Shown here: piece after piece, positions 62,914-64,000 of the stretch
How the letters are laid out: the number at the start of each line of letters is the position of its first letter
Numbering within the stretch: position 1 is the stretch's first letter
From: Nitrosopumilaceae archaeon
GTDB taxonomy: Archaea; Thermoproteota; Nitrososphaeria; Nitrososphaerales; Nitrosopumilaceae
Direction of reading: 5' to 3'
Assembly (NCBI GenBank): GCA_965214835.1
Contig: CBDCCK010000002.1
Coordinates: forward strand, 672,001 to 736,000
Length of the DNA stretch: 64,000 nt
Notes under the pieces: model-generated
Seen by the model: only the letters and a program-made list of their open reading frames with translations
Databases searched by the model: none
Told to the model about the DNA's origin: nothing
Position numbers and translations under genes: made by a program

Positions 62914-63004
62914 GTACGAGGTCACCTACCCCACAAATCAGGCACGAATTGGCATGTACAATTGTGATTTCCATGCCTAGCCAGCAAGGGACGTGACCAC
63001 ATAC
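62914..63004. mobile_element. 91-bp IS66-type MITE
   Basis: 8-bp TSD AAAAATTC. Confidence 0.92.
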
Positions 63005-63169
63005 AAAAATTCTATTCGTATTTTGCTTAGCTGTACACGGATCTTGGCTCTAGGTCTGGCGACAAGCTTGCTGGGGCGGCCCCGAGCCTGTTTTGAGTTC
63101 ATGGGGTTAGGGGATGCATCTCGCCGTCAGCAACAACTCCACAAAACGGAGAATTTTTGTGTCGTGAGT

Positions 63170-63718
63170 CTAACATTCGATAATATTTTCAAGTGACACC
63201 ATGGAATCCGCGAAATAAACCGTTTTGTGCCCCTTGAGGTGGTTCTTGAAATCATCCATGGATGCCCGATCCCGCGTCGCCACGATCAGTCCCCAGTCAG
63301 ATCCCGGGCTACCGCGCAGAACCGTCTCGGTCAAATCAAGGAACTTTTCATCCCCTCTGTCGCGCATCCGGCGGCGTCCATCCCCGCCGCCGGCATCGGT
63401 TTTTTTTATTGACAGGTGGATGTTGTCAAGGCCCGGCAGAGGAATCTTGTGTGTTAACATCTTGTCGATAAGAAAATCGATCTGGTTTGCTGTTCCCTTG
63501 AGGCGTTTTTTTGAAAGGCCCGTTTTGTAATCATGTATAACCGGACGGCTGATCCACAGCCTGACCATTTTGCCTTGAGGGGCATCCTTTGTGCGCTCCA
63601 ACACACCTCCAATCCATCCGAGTAGTACGGATTTCAGGTCTTTTTCCGAGCTATTCTTGGCAATGTCTATCAGAATATTAGTGTCAACGACTAGACCCAC
63701 ATTCTTTTTCGTTATCAT
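63170..63718 (-). CDS. PIN-domain protein
   Basis: VVDTNILI, D..DEKF and VATRD motifs. Confidence 0.65.
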   Translation of the reverse strand: MITKKNVGLVVDTNILIDIAKNSSEKDLKSVLLGWIGGVLERTKDAPQGKMVRLWISRPVIHDYKTGLSKKRLKGTANQIDFLIDKMLTHKIPLPGLDNIHLSIKKTDAGGGDGRRRMRDRGDEKFLDLTETVLRGSPGSDWGLIVATRDRASMDDFKNHLKGHKTVYFADSMVSLENIIEC

Positions 63719-63719
63719 G

Positions 63720-64000
63720 TTATGCGGAAAACTCCCCTATCAGCGTGTCAAGGGCATCCTGAAAGAGCGGCTGCTCAGCCTCGCCCGATTCATCTGCATT
63801 GATCCGCCTTATCGTAGTAAGGCCAGAATCAGCGCGATCAAAATAGTACAGTCCCAGATCCGTGCGCCTGATTTTTTTCTTCCATACTAGGGCCAGCAGT
63901 TTTTTCACCACATAGTCGCTGTGTGTGGTAAAGATCAGATTGGCATTCTTTGCGCACGCGGCATTTTGCACCCATTCGATCATTTTTATCTGTTTTGACG
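63720..64000 (-). CDS. C-terminus of an ABC-type/AAA_21 ATPase (DUF3696-like), partial
   Basis: LIFTTHSDYVV H-loop; LYYF...I..D.SG pattern. Confidence 0.7.
   Translation of the reverse strand, partial: SKQIKMIEWVQNAACAKNANLIFTTHSDYVVKKLLALVWKKKIRRTDLGLYYFDRADSGLTTIRRINADESGEAEQPLFQDALDTLIGEFSA

Noticed and set aside
1-64000. CRISPR array or cas genes
   Set aside because: No regularly spaced repeat-spacer series; the repeats are dispersed MITEs or coding duplications

Overview
The window looks like a Nitrososphaerota (thaumarchaeal, Nitrosopumilaceae-like) chromosome segment. The core-like block at 55.6-62.4 kb contains a UbiD decarboxylase, a small Cys-rich zinc-finger protein, a PAS protein and a SHOCT protein. 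The first ~55 kb is dominated by insertion sequences (IS66, IS110, IS630, IS481, IS5, ISH3, IS6) and at least six MITE families, often nested, with many exact target-site duplications (TSDs). Between the elements lie a surface-glycan cluster, a decayed conjugation module and AT-rich accessory genes. Three observations stand out. (1) Two IS110 elements share one bridge-RNA scaffold but carry different guides; each guide set matches its own insertion site and donor junction, and both targets are terminal inverted repeats (TIRs) of other mobile elements. (2) An AT-rich operon encodes a DUF6527-like protein, a tandem ubiquitin-like protein, an E2-like protein and an E1, resembling bacterial ubiquitin-like conjugation systems. 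(3) An aberrant tRNA-Ser-like gene lies divergent from an AbrB-like gene with two palindromic operator-like sites between them. All family calls come from reading motifs by eye; no database search was run.
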